Assembly: GCA_040389905.1 (NCBI GenBank)
Contig: JAZJZK010000013.1
Coordinates: forward strand, 19,651-83,650
DNA: 64,000 bases
Source: Gemmatimonadota bacterium
GTDB taxonomy: Bacteria; Gemmatimonadota; Gemmatimonadetes; Gemmatimonadales; Gemmatimonadaceae
Direction: 5' to 3'
This document shows, in pieces, positions 56,339-64,000 of the stretch. The number at the start of each line of letters is the position of its first letter. Within the stretch, counting starts at the first letter, position 1. The notes beneath the pieces are model-generated. The model did no database searches. It was not told where the DNA came from and worked only from the letters and a program-made list of their open reading frames with translations. The translations under genes were made by a program, and so were the position numbers.

Positions 56339-59089
56339 ATGCGCGACGTAAGAGACCAGTACCTCCCGCCGGATCATGACGCATTCGTCCGGGCCGAGCC
56401 ATCGACCGGACGGGTGATCGTCATTGCGCCCACGCGCGCGGCGTGCGAGACGATCGAGCTCGCCGTGGGGCTTCACATCGAGACGTACCTCGAGAAGCAC
56501 TTCGGGCCTCGCGTGCGCGAGTTAGCGCGCTCTCGGCGCGGCTTCGGCATCGTCGCGGGAACGGGCTCCGGAAAGACGCTCGCGATCCGTCCGATCGCCG
56601 AAGAGCTTCTCGAGACGACGGATCTTCGCGTCGGCGTCATCAATCGCGAACGGGAAGCGACGCCCGATACGCCGAGTTGGAACGTCATCATCGTGACGAC
56701 CGGCATCGCGCGCCGATGGTTCCAGGACGGCGACATCCTGCCGAGCGACACGCTCATCGTTGACGAGATCCATCAGACGTCCGCTGAACTGGAGCTTTGC
56801 CTCGCGCTCGGCAAGCGCGTTGGCTGTCGTTTCATCTGGTTGTCGGCCACCGTCGATCCGAGCTTCTATCGGCGCTACCTCGAGAGCGCGGATGTGCTCG
56901 AGGTCTACGCGTTCGACCCGCAGAAGGCGGCGAAGGTCGAGGTGATCAGCAAGGAGGTCGGCGAGTTTCTCGACGACAAGTTCCTGCAGCGCGTCTTCAA
57001 GGAAAAGCGTGGCGTCGCGATCTTCGTCCCCACGCGCAAGGGTGTCGAGCAAGCCGCGGAAAACGTTCGCATGCGTGCGCCGCGGATCAACACCGCGCAC
57101 TATCACGGCGGCGAGCCGATTCGCATCCTCCGCCCGTTTCTCGAAGGTGAGGAGCAGAAGCCCTACTTCCTCGCGATGACGGCCGCGGGGCAAAGTGCGC
57201 TCAATGTGCAGGGCCTGGATACCGTCGTCATCGACGATACGCGTTTCACGTCGATCGTCGAGCGTGGCAAGAACGTGCTCACCAAGCTGCATCTGGGCGC
57301 GAACGAGATCCTTCAGATGGCCGGACGCGTCCACGGCCGGGTTGCGGGTGGGCGTGTGTTCATCCTCAGCGATCGCGACATTGATTTCGCATCGCTCAAA
57401 CCGACCGCGCCCGAGTTCCAGCTTGCGGGCGACTCGGAGCGCGTCGCGATCACCTGTGCCGACCTCGGCGTCGCCGCGGACGAGCTCGAGCTACCGGTGC
57501 CGCTCGACCGCATCGCGTATCGTCGCGCGATGGAGTTCCTCGAGGGGCGCGGGATCATCGAGAAGGGCCGGTTGACGCGTTACGGCAAAGCCGTGGAAGC
57601 GATGCCGGTCGAGCGCGAATGGGCGGAGTTACTCGTCAATGCCGATGACGCGCTCGTGCCGTATCTCGCGGTGATGAGCGGCGTGGAGTCACTGCATCGC
57701 ATGACGCGCGAGGAACGGCACCTCGAAGGGCTGATCCTCCCTGGCAGCGACCATCTCACGGCGTACAACGTCTACGCCGAGGCGTATCGTGTCGCCGGAT
57801 ATGTCGGTGAGGTCTATGGGCTGCCGCGGCATCTCTTCGAGGAAGAGGCAATTGCCGAGTGGGCGGAGAATCGCGGTGTGCTCGTAAAATCCATCGAAGA
57901 TGCGGCGCTCGGCATGGCAAGTGTGTTTCGCGGGCTTGGCATGCCGCTGCCAACCGAGATGCCGATGGCACACGAAGGCACGCGGCGAAAGTTCGCCGAA
58001 TTGCTCGCCGAGTATATGCCGTTCGATCTCGTCATCGACGAGCAAACCGCATGGGGCGAGGAAGCGCGCGTCAGCAAGACGAGTGTGTGCGGCAGCTGGG
58101 GAGCAATCGCCGGTGAGTTGCGCTACTTCGCCGATAAGTTCGGTCGTCCGCGCGCGTCGATCGAAGGCACGCAATTGCCGATGGACGTCATCCGCCGCTT
58201 CGCGACAGGTGACGAAGCGACGATGGCGTACGATGGCGAGCGCCGAAAGGCGCCGCTCGTGCTGCGTCGGCGCGTCGAGTACTACGGTTTCGAGCTCGAG
58301 CGGGAAGTCGAAGCGATCGAGGAGTTTCCGGAGGGGCGCGAGGAGGAAGCGCGGAAGGTGCTTGCCGACGCGTTGGCGCGTGGAGAGGCACGTCACTTTG
58401 CGGTGAAGGACAACCTCGGCATCATCGACGCGGTGCGCGAAGCGTGGCGGCGCTCGGGTGGTACGTTGCCGCGCCTCAACCAACAGGATCTCGCCGAGTT
58501 GTACCTGCGTCGCCTGGGCGATATCCGCTCGCTGACCGCATTCAAGCAAAGCGACCTCGATCTCGCGGCGGAGCTCGAGCAGTTCAGTCCGCGAGCAGAA
58601 CGCGCCAGGTTCGATTCGCTACCAACGAAAGTCAGTATCCGGGATCGCGATGCGGAGATCGGCTATGACGTCGAGGAGGTCGACGGTGTGCCGGTGGGCA
58701 TTGCGCGGCTGCAACTGCCCGAGAAGGTCGCGCGCTCATTGACGGAGAGTGAGGTGCCGGTACTCGATCGTCCAGTGCGGTTTGTCGTCTATCGGGGGCA
58801 GCGTGGGCAGGTGCGCGCACGAACCATCGATGAATTGCAGACGCTACTCGACGCACCGTGGACCGACGAGGAAGTGGCGCGCTTCAACCGCAAGCGTGAG
58901 GAGCAACGCGACGCGGCGCGCGGACAGCGACGCGACCGCTTGGTGCCACGCGAGCCGAAGCGTGGGCTTCGTGATCGGTCGAGCAAGAATCGTCCGGGAA
59001 AGCGCGAGCGCGAGGACCCGAACAAGCGCGGCGGGGGGCGTCCTGGCGGCGGCAAACCAGGTGGCCGCAACCGCGGGCGGTCACGCTAA
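56339..59089 (+). CDS. Divergent DEAH/RHA-type (HrpA/B-like) helicase
   Basis: GTGSGKT, DEIH, LSAT, QMAGRVHGR; basic Gly/Arg-rich C-terminal tail. Confidence 0.85.
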   Translation: MRDVRDQYLPPDHDAFVRAEPSTGRVIVIAPTRAACETIELAVGLHIETYLEKHFGPRVRELARSRRGFGIVAGTGSGKTLAIRPIAEELLETTDLRVGVINREREATPDTPSWNVIIVTTGIARRWFQDGDILPSDTLIVDEIHQTSAELELCLALGKRVGCRFIWLSATVDPSFYRRYLESADVLEVYAFDPQKAAKVEVISKEVGEFLDDKFLQRVFKEKRGVAIFVPTRKGVEQAAENVRMRAPRINTAHYHGGEPIRILRPFLEGEEQKPYFLAMTAAGQSALNVQGLDTVVIDDTRFTSIVERGKNVLTKLHLGANEILQMAGRVHGRVAGGRVFILSDRDIDFASLKPTAPEFQLAGDSERVAITCADLGVAADELELPVPLDRIAYRRAMEFLEGRGIIEKGRLTRYGKAVEAMPVEREWAELLVNADDALVPYLAVMSGVESLHRMTREERHLEGLILPGSDHLTAYNVYAEAYRVAGYVGEVYGLPRHLFEEEAIAEWAENRGVLVKSIEDAALGMASVFRGLGMPLPTEMPMAHEGTRRKFAELLAEYMPFDLVIDEQTAWGEEARVSKTSVCGSWGAIAGELRYFADKFGRPRASIEGTQLPMDVIRRFATGDEATMAYDGERRKAPLVLRRRVEYYGFELEREVEAIEEFPEGREEEARKVLADALARGEARHFAVKDNLGIIDAVREAWRRSGGTLPRLNQQDLAELYLRRLGDIRSLTAFKQSDLDLAAELEQFSPRAERARFDSLPTKVSIRDRDAEIGYDVEEVDGVPVGIARLQLPEKVARSLTESEVPVLDRPVRFVVYRGQRGQVRARTIDELQTLLDAPWTDEEVARFNRKREEQRDAARGQRRDRLVPREPKRGLRDRSSKNRPGKREREDPNKRGGGRPGGGKPGGRNRGRSR

Positions 59090-59104
59090 CGGACTACGGA
59101 ACAG

Positions 59105-59163
59105 CAGGTGCGGGCCCTTCGTTGCACAAGGGCGACAAACGAGCGAAGGCTCAGGGCGACAAA
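59105..59163 (-). repeat. Two TTGTC-tagged REP-like units overlapping the GNAT stop
   Basis: Minus strand TTTGTCGCCCTGAGCCTTCGCTCG-TTTGTCGCCCTTGTGCAACGAAGGGCCCGCACCTG. Confidence 0.65.
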
Positions 59164-59753
59164 TCAACCACGTATCGTTCTTCTCGAACGATCGAGAATC
59201 CGCGCGCACGATAGTTGGGCAGCGCGTGCGGCGAGTCGAGTGTACATGTGTTGAGCGATACAACCGTTGCCCCGAGTGCGAATGATTCTTCAACCGCTCG
59301 CGTAAGGAGCCAGCCACCGAGCCCGCGGCCGATGAACGGCACGGCGAGGCCGAAGTACATGATTTCGACGCGATCACTCGCCTGACGCTGAAGCTCGAAA
59401 TAGCCTGCGAGCTCATTCCCGATGCGCAGAATCCACAGGTGCAGCTCCGGCGACGCGAGATAGGCCGCGAGTTGCTCTTCGGACCACGCGAACCGGTCGC
59501 GCCACTGCCACGGCCCGCCGACGATTTCGTAGAGTGCGAGGTATTCCGCCGGCGTCACTTCACATTCGGCGAGGGTGATGGCTCCCGTTGGCAAGCGGGC
59601 TGGGCGAAAATCCACTCGCTGCCGCAATTCGAGGTAAGTCCGAATGACCTCGGTCGTTGAGGGCTCCCCCTTCGTCGCTTGCGCCCCTCGCGGGCAGGCT
59701 GCTTCGCTCGCTCGAGGTGACAACGCTGGGTGGGCGGCGTCAGCGTCGGACAT
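59151..59753 (-). CDS. GNAT family acetyltransferase
   Basis: YFGL..FIGRGLGGWLL, NTCTLDSPHALPNYRARGF. Confidence 0.88.
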   Translation of the reverse strand: MSDADAAHPALSPRASEAACPRGAQATKGEPSTTEVIRTYLELRQRVDFRPARLPTGAITLAECEVTPAEYLALYEIVGGPWQWRDRFAWSEEQLAAYLASPELHLWILRIGNELAGYFELQRQASDRVEIMYFGLAVPFIGRGLGGWLLTRAVEESFALGATVVSLNTCTLDSPHALPNYRARGFSIVREERYVVDLSP

Positions 59754-59757
59754 TTCC

Positions 59758-60405
59758 TTATCGGTGCAGCTTCATCCGGTGACGCGCGGCCTTCGCACGG
59801 TTCCCACAAGTCGCCATGTCGCACCAGCGACGGCGTCCGTTCTTGGTCTCGTCCTGAAAGACGCGACCACAGCGCGGATCGGCGCACCGTCGCACGCGCG
59901 GAAGCTCGCCGAGGATCAATGCATCAGAGACACTCTCGACGATGGAGATCAGCAGGCCAGCGAATGCATCGCCCACGGGCACGAATGCGCGCACGAAGGT
60001 TCCGTCGCCCTGAAGCTCGAGCCGGCGCGTGCCGGCGCTCCGGCCGAGCACGCGATTGATCTCGGTGAGCGCATCCGTCCGGATATCGCGCGACACCGCA
60101 CCTCGCTCGGCAAGGGTACGCAGCACGGTGCGCACGCGTCGTGCGTCGCCGAGGACCGCGAGCGCGCCGGCCGGCTGTTGCTGCGCACGCCTCCGCATGG
60201 TACTCCCGCGCTCCGCATCGAGCAGGTGGGCCGCCTCCAACCAGCGCACGAAGCGCTCGAAATCATAGAGCGCGTCGTCGCCGCGTGCCGCGCTATCGGA
60301 GTTCACGAAGTCGAGCCACAACCGTTCTGCGACGAATGCGAACACATGGCGTTCGGGTGCGTGCGTGCCGTTGAGAGAGGGAGAAAGTCTGAGCGGGGGT
60401 GTCAT
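59758..60405 (-). CDS. ABATE/CGNR zinc-finger protein
   Basis: LDFVNS; CADPRC..F.D..KNGRRRWCDMATCGNRAK. Confidence 0.92.
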   Translation of the reverse strand: MTPPLRLSPSLNGTHAPERHVFAFVAERLWLDFVNSDSAARGDDALYDFERFVRWLEAAHLLDAERGSTMRRRAQQQPAGALAVLGDARRVRTVLRTLAERGAVSRDIRTDALTEINRVLGRSAGTRRLELQGDGTFVRAFVPVGDAFAGLLISIVESVSDALILGELPRVRRCADPRCGRVFQDETKNGRRRWCDMATCGNRAKAARHRMKLHR

Positions 60406-60538
60406 TGCGCCCTAGCATATCCCGCGGTCCACGGGGCGGCAACCAGAGGTCGTGAGCGAGGAGCCAGGGACTCGGAGCGAGGTGCTAGTGCCAGGACCGC
60501 GTCAGGATTCTGGGCAATAGTCCGAGTATCTTTTTGGC

Positions 60539-61057
60539 ATGCCAAGACTCGTCGCAGTTGGATCGATGAATCCTGTAAAAATCAATGCGGCGCGATCGGT
60601 GATCGAGCGCGTTGACGCGGACGCAGACGTTCGCGGTGTCGCGGTGGAGAGTGGCGTGCCCGATCAGCCGTGGGGCGATGATGAAACGATTCGCGGGGCG
60701 GTCGCGCGCGCTCGAGCCGCGCGCGAAACGCTCGATGCGGATTGGGGTGTCGGCATCGAGGGCGGTGTGGTTGCGTCTCCGGATGGAAGCGTACGAACCT
60801 GCGCGTGGGCGGCGATCGTGTCGCGCGATGGAACGCAGGGAGTCGGTGGCTCGCTATCGCTCGAACTACCGCGCGCGGTCGCCGACCTGGTTCGCGGCGG
60901 AGTGGAGCTCGGTCATGCGATGGACGCGGTGACTGGTGAGCACAACGTGAAACAGGGCGTCGGGGCAGTCGGTCTCCTCACAGGAGGGCTTGTTACGCGA
61001 CAGCAGGCGTATGAAGTACTGGTGGCGTACGCGATGGTGCCGCTGCTCACTGCGTAG
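60539..61057 (+). CDS. yjjX: Inosine/xanthosine triphosphatase
   Basis: VGSMNPVK, SGVPDQP, GIEGG, ELGHAMD, GAVGLLT. Confidence 0.88.
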   Translation: MPRLVAVGSMNPVKINAARSVIERVDADADVRGVAVESGVPDQPWGDDETIRGAVARARAARETLDADWGVGIEGGVVASPDGSVRTCAWAAIVSRDGTQGVGGSLSLELPRAVADLVRGGVELGHAMDAVTGEHNVKQGVGAVGLLTGGLVTRQQAYEVLVAYAMVPLLTA

Positions 61058-61082
61058 CTGCTTGCTCTTCGCTCCACTCGGC

Positions 61083-61155
61083 CGGGGTCGGAGTCGTTGA
61101 AAAATGGTACCGCACCACCGCACCACGGGGTCGGAGTCGTTGAAAAATGGTACCG
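61083..61155 (+). repeat. Two perfect 30-bp direct repeats, 13-bp spacer
   Basis: CGGGGTCGGAGTCGTTGAAAAATGGTACCG at 61083-61112 and 61126-61155. Confidence 0.9.
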
Positions 61156-61279
61156 TCCACGCACTCGGCGGCAAGACGATCGGACGATTGCCACGCTTCG
61201 CGGAAAACATTAGCATTGCGCACCCCCGTTCGAGCTTCTCCGGGCGCAACTGCCCGGTCCCCGCCGCTGGGCGTGTGCG

Positions 61280-64000
61280 ATGGACTCGATAGCACAGTTG
61301 ACGTCGGAGCTGGCCGACCGGTACGCGATCGAGAGCGAGATCGGCGCCGGTGGCATGGCCCGCGTCTACCTCGCGCGCGACCTGCGGCACGGGCGCGGCG
61401 TTGCGATCAAGGTGCTGAATCCGGAGCTGGCGGCGATGCTGGGCGTCGACCGCTTCCTGAGCGAGATCAAGGTCACCGCGAACCTGCACCATCCCAACCT
61501 GCTGCCATTGTTCGATTCCGGAGAGGCGGCCGGGCAGCTCTTCTACGTCGTCCCCTTCGTCGAAGGAGGGTCGCTGCGTGCGCGGTTAGCGCGCGAGAAG
61601 CATCTCCCCGTGGACGAAGCGGTGCGCATCACGCTCGGCATCGCCAGTGCGCTTCAGTACGCGCACAAGCAGGGGATCATCCATCGGGACCTCAAGCCCG
61701 AGAACATCCTCATGCACGAGGGGCAACCGCTGGTCGCGGATTTCGGGATTGCACTTGCCGTGAAGAAGGCGGGAGGCGAGCGATTCACCCAAACAGGCAT
61801 GTCGCTTGGCACGCCGCAGTATTCCTCACCCGAGCAGGCGATGGGGGAGGCGATCATCGACGGGCGGAGCGACATCTATTCGCTCGGCGTCCTGCTGTAT
61901 GAGATGCTGGCGGGAGACCCTCCACATCAGGCGAGCACACTCCAGGCGATCGTGGCCAAGGTCCTCACTGAGCGGCCACGGGACATCCGGACCATTCGCG
62001 CAACGTGTCCCGAGCACGTGGCGCGCGCAATCGACTGTGCGCTCGCAAAGCTTGCCGCGGACAGGTTTTCATCGGCACAGGAGTTCGCCGACGCCTTGAA
62101 GGGCCACGCCGATCCCACGTCACCCTACCATCCGTCGGCTGCGTCATTCAACAGCGTCAACAACTCTCGACGTCCGTCGCGCGCCCGCTCATTTGCCACG
62201 CTCGCGGTCGTAGGTGTCGTTGCCGTGCTGACGACGGTGAGTGCGATGCAATTGAGGGCGCCGGCGCATGAGCCGCACGAGCGCGCTGTGCGTTTCTCGC
62301 TCACAGTCGATGAAGATGAAACCGTTGCCAGTGGTGCGGTGGGAACACCGCTCGCTCTTTCGCCCGACGGTGGAATCCTCGCGTATCTCTCGAGCCGATT
62401 CGACGGCATTCAGGAGTTGTACGTCCGCCCGATGAACCAGTCCCACGCCCGAGCGATTCCGGGAACGACCAAGGCACTGCATCCAACATTCTCGCCGGAC
62501 GGGCGCGCCATCGCGTTCATGAGCGGCGGGATGCTTCAGCGCGTCGAACTTTCGGGTACCACAGCACCGAGCACGCTCGCCACGACATCAGACACAGTGT
62601 ACGGGATCGCCTGGGGAGCACGGGATTTCATCCTGGGTCGCGTGCGAGGCGGGCTTGCCGCGGTGCCGGCGATCGGTGGGGCGATTCGCCAGCTGACCAC
62701 CGTCGATACCGCGGCCGGTGAGCGCAGCCACCGATGGCCGGTGATGCTCCCGGGTGGCAAGTCCGCACTCTTCACCATTTGGCGCGGACGGAAAGCCAGC
62801 GCGACGCTCGCCATCGCGTCGCTGGACGATGGGCGCATCACGCCACTCGGGCTTGCCGGTACCTCGGGGCTGGGTATAGTGGACGAGCACCTCGTCTTCG
62901 CCGATAGCACCGGCCGAATCATGGCGGTTCCATTCGATAGCCGCCGCAGGAAGATCACGGGCGTGCCGGTGCTCGGCGAGCAGGGGAGCGTGAGTCTTCC
63001 CGGTGCGGCGAAGGCGGCGCTGTCACACTCGGGCACCCTGGCGTATTCGACGTCGCTCGCGTCGAGTCTTGAAATGGTTTTCGTGGACACGCTGGGTCGA
63101 GTGAAGACATTGCTCGACCGGCAGCGGGAGCGATTCAACGATCCGCGCTTCTCGCCGGACGGCCGGAAGATTGCGGTCGCCATTGGATCGGACACGACCA
63201 GCGACATCTTCATCATCGACGTCGCGACCAATGGTCGCGAACGATTGACCGCGCAAGCAGGAAACAAGTCGCGGCCCGAGTGGACGGCGGACGGCAAACG
63301 CGTCCTCTACAGGAAGGTAGGAAGCGCTGGCGCCGAATTATGGGAGCGGATGGCGGACAAAAGCCTACAAGCCGAGCGTGTCGTGTCCGCGGACAACGAC
63401 GCGGCACAGGGCCTTCCGACGCACGACGGACGAAGTGTGATCTACCGAACGGATTCCGAGTCGCGCTTCGGAATGAACATCTGGTGGCTGGATACCACGG
63501 CGAACGCAACGCCGCAGAAGATTGCGCAGGGACGCGCTCCCGCGATTTCGCCGGACAATCGATGGATTGCCTACTCGTCGAGCCAGAGCGGAACACTCGA
63601 GATCTACATTCGCTCCACCCCATCACCGAATGACAAGGTGATGCAGTGCCAGATTTCCGACGACGGCGGCAGCGAGCCCGGATGGTCGCGCGATGGGCGA
63701 CACCTCTATTATCGCAGTGGCTGGAGGTTCATGTCCGCGACCCTGACAGCCAGTGCGTCAGGCTGTCCGAGTGTCTCGCGTGGGCGGGTGTTCGAGGTAC
63801 CAACGTATGCAAGCGAGTATCACCGCCAGTACGACATTGCCCCGAATGGTACGGGCTTCGTCATGTTGCGTGAATACGGCCACGAGTCTGGTGTCGAGAT
63901 CGTGCACAATTGGGTCATGGATCTGCGCGCGCGAATGACCCTGGCTAGCCCGGATTTCTCACCACGTTCGTTGGACCGACGCAGAGCGGGTGATTTTGAC
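61280..64000 (+). CDS. Ser/Thr kinase with TM helix and TolB-like (PD40) beta-propeller; runs off the window end (absent from the ORF track)
   Basis: Manual translation from ATG 61280: MDSIAQLTSELADRY..IGAGGMARVY..HRDLKPEN..DFG; later SPDG repeats; the same frame is still open at 64000. Confidence 0.92.
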   Translation, partial: MDSIAQLTSELADRYAIESEIGAGGMARVYLARDLRHGRGVAIKVLNPELAAMLGVDRFLSEIKVTANLHHPNLLPLFDSGEAAGQLFYVVPFVEGGSLRARLAREKHLPVDEAVRITLGIASALQYAHKQGIIHRDLKPENILMHEGQPLVADFGIALAVKKAGGERFTQTGMSLGTPQYSSPEQAMGEAIIDGRSDIYSLGVLLYEMLAGDPPHQASTLQAIVAKVLTERPRDIRTIRATCPEHVARAIDCALAKLAADRFSSAQEFADALKGHADPTSPYHPSAASFNSVNNSRRPSRARSFATLAVVGVVAVLTTVSAMQLRAPAHEPHERAVRFSLTVDEDETVASGAVGTPLALSPDGGILAYLSSRFDGIQELYVRPMNQSHARAIPGTTKALHPTFSPDGRAIAFMSGGMLQRVELSGTTAPSTLATTSDTVYGIAWGARDFILGRVRGGLAAVPAIGGAIRQLTTVDTAAGERSHRWPVMLPGGKSALFTIWRGRKASATLAIASLDDGRITPLGLAGTSGLGIVDEHLVFADSTGRIMAVPFDSRRRKITGVPVLGEQGSVSLPGAAKAALSHSGTLAYSTSLASSLEMVFVDTLGRVKTLLDRQRERFNDPRFSPDGRKIAVAIGSDTTSDIFIIDVATNGRERLTAQAGNKSRPEWTADGKRVLYRKVGSAGAELWERMADKSLQAERVVSADNDAAQGLPTHDGRSVIYRTDSESRFGMNIWWLDTTANATPQKIAQGRAPAISPDNRWIAYSSSQSGTLEIYIRSTPSPNDKVMQCQISDDGGSEPGWSRDGRHLYYRSGWRFMSATLTASASGCPSVSRGRVFEVPTYASEYHRQYDIAPNGTGFVMLREYGHESGVEIVHNWVMDLRARMTLASPDFSPRSLDRRRAGDFD

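Noticed and set aside
60446..60510. Heptamer-like GAGCGAG/GAGCCAG run between divergent genes
   Set aside because: Too short and degenerate to support a call.
61083..61155. Mini-CRISPR array
   Set aside because: Only two repeats, a 13-bp spacer and no cas genes.

Overview
High-GC bacterial chromosomal segment. Gene content (several Ser/Thr kinases, DUF5916 outer-membrane protein, giant Ig-repeat protein, fused E1 alpha/beta dehydrogenase) suggests Gemmatimonadota, which is an inference. About 40 CDS are supportable. Housekeeping genes include sseA-like, terC, nadE, PBP1A, lon, csp, pfk, DEAD/DEAH helicases and yjjX. Accessory genes include a 3905-aa Ig-repeat surface protein, an S8 protease, a single-module C-A-T-TE NRPS, two small HNH nucleases, a stand-alone LigD phosphoesterase and a GIY-YIG nuclease. 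No rRNA, tRNA, CRISPR array or classical transposase was recognised. The most interesting signal is intergenic: (i) a GIY-YIG gene bracketed by a perfect 44-bp inverted repeat whose relatives are scattered over the window, including inside a GNAT gene; (ii) a 14-unit degenerate 21-nt array upstream of an orphan helical protein; (iii) a multi-stem leader with a switchable terminator-like hairpin upstream of an HNH gene; (iv) a promoter, UUCG hairpin and terminator upstream of csp; (v) several unrelated long fold-back elements. All product calls come from motifs read by eye; no database search was run.
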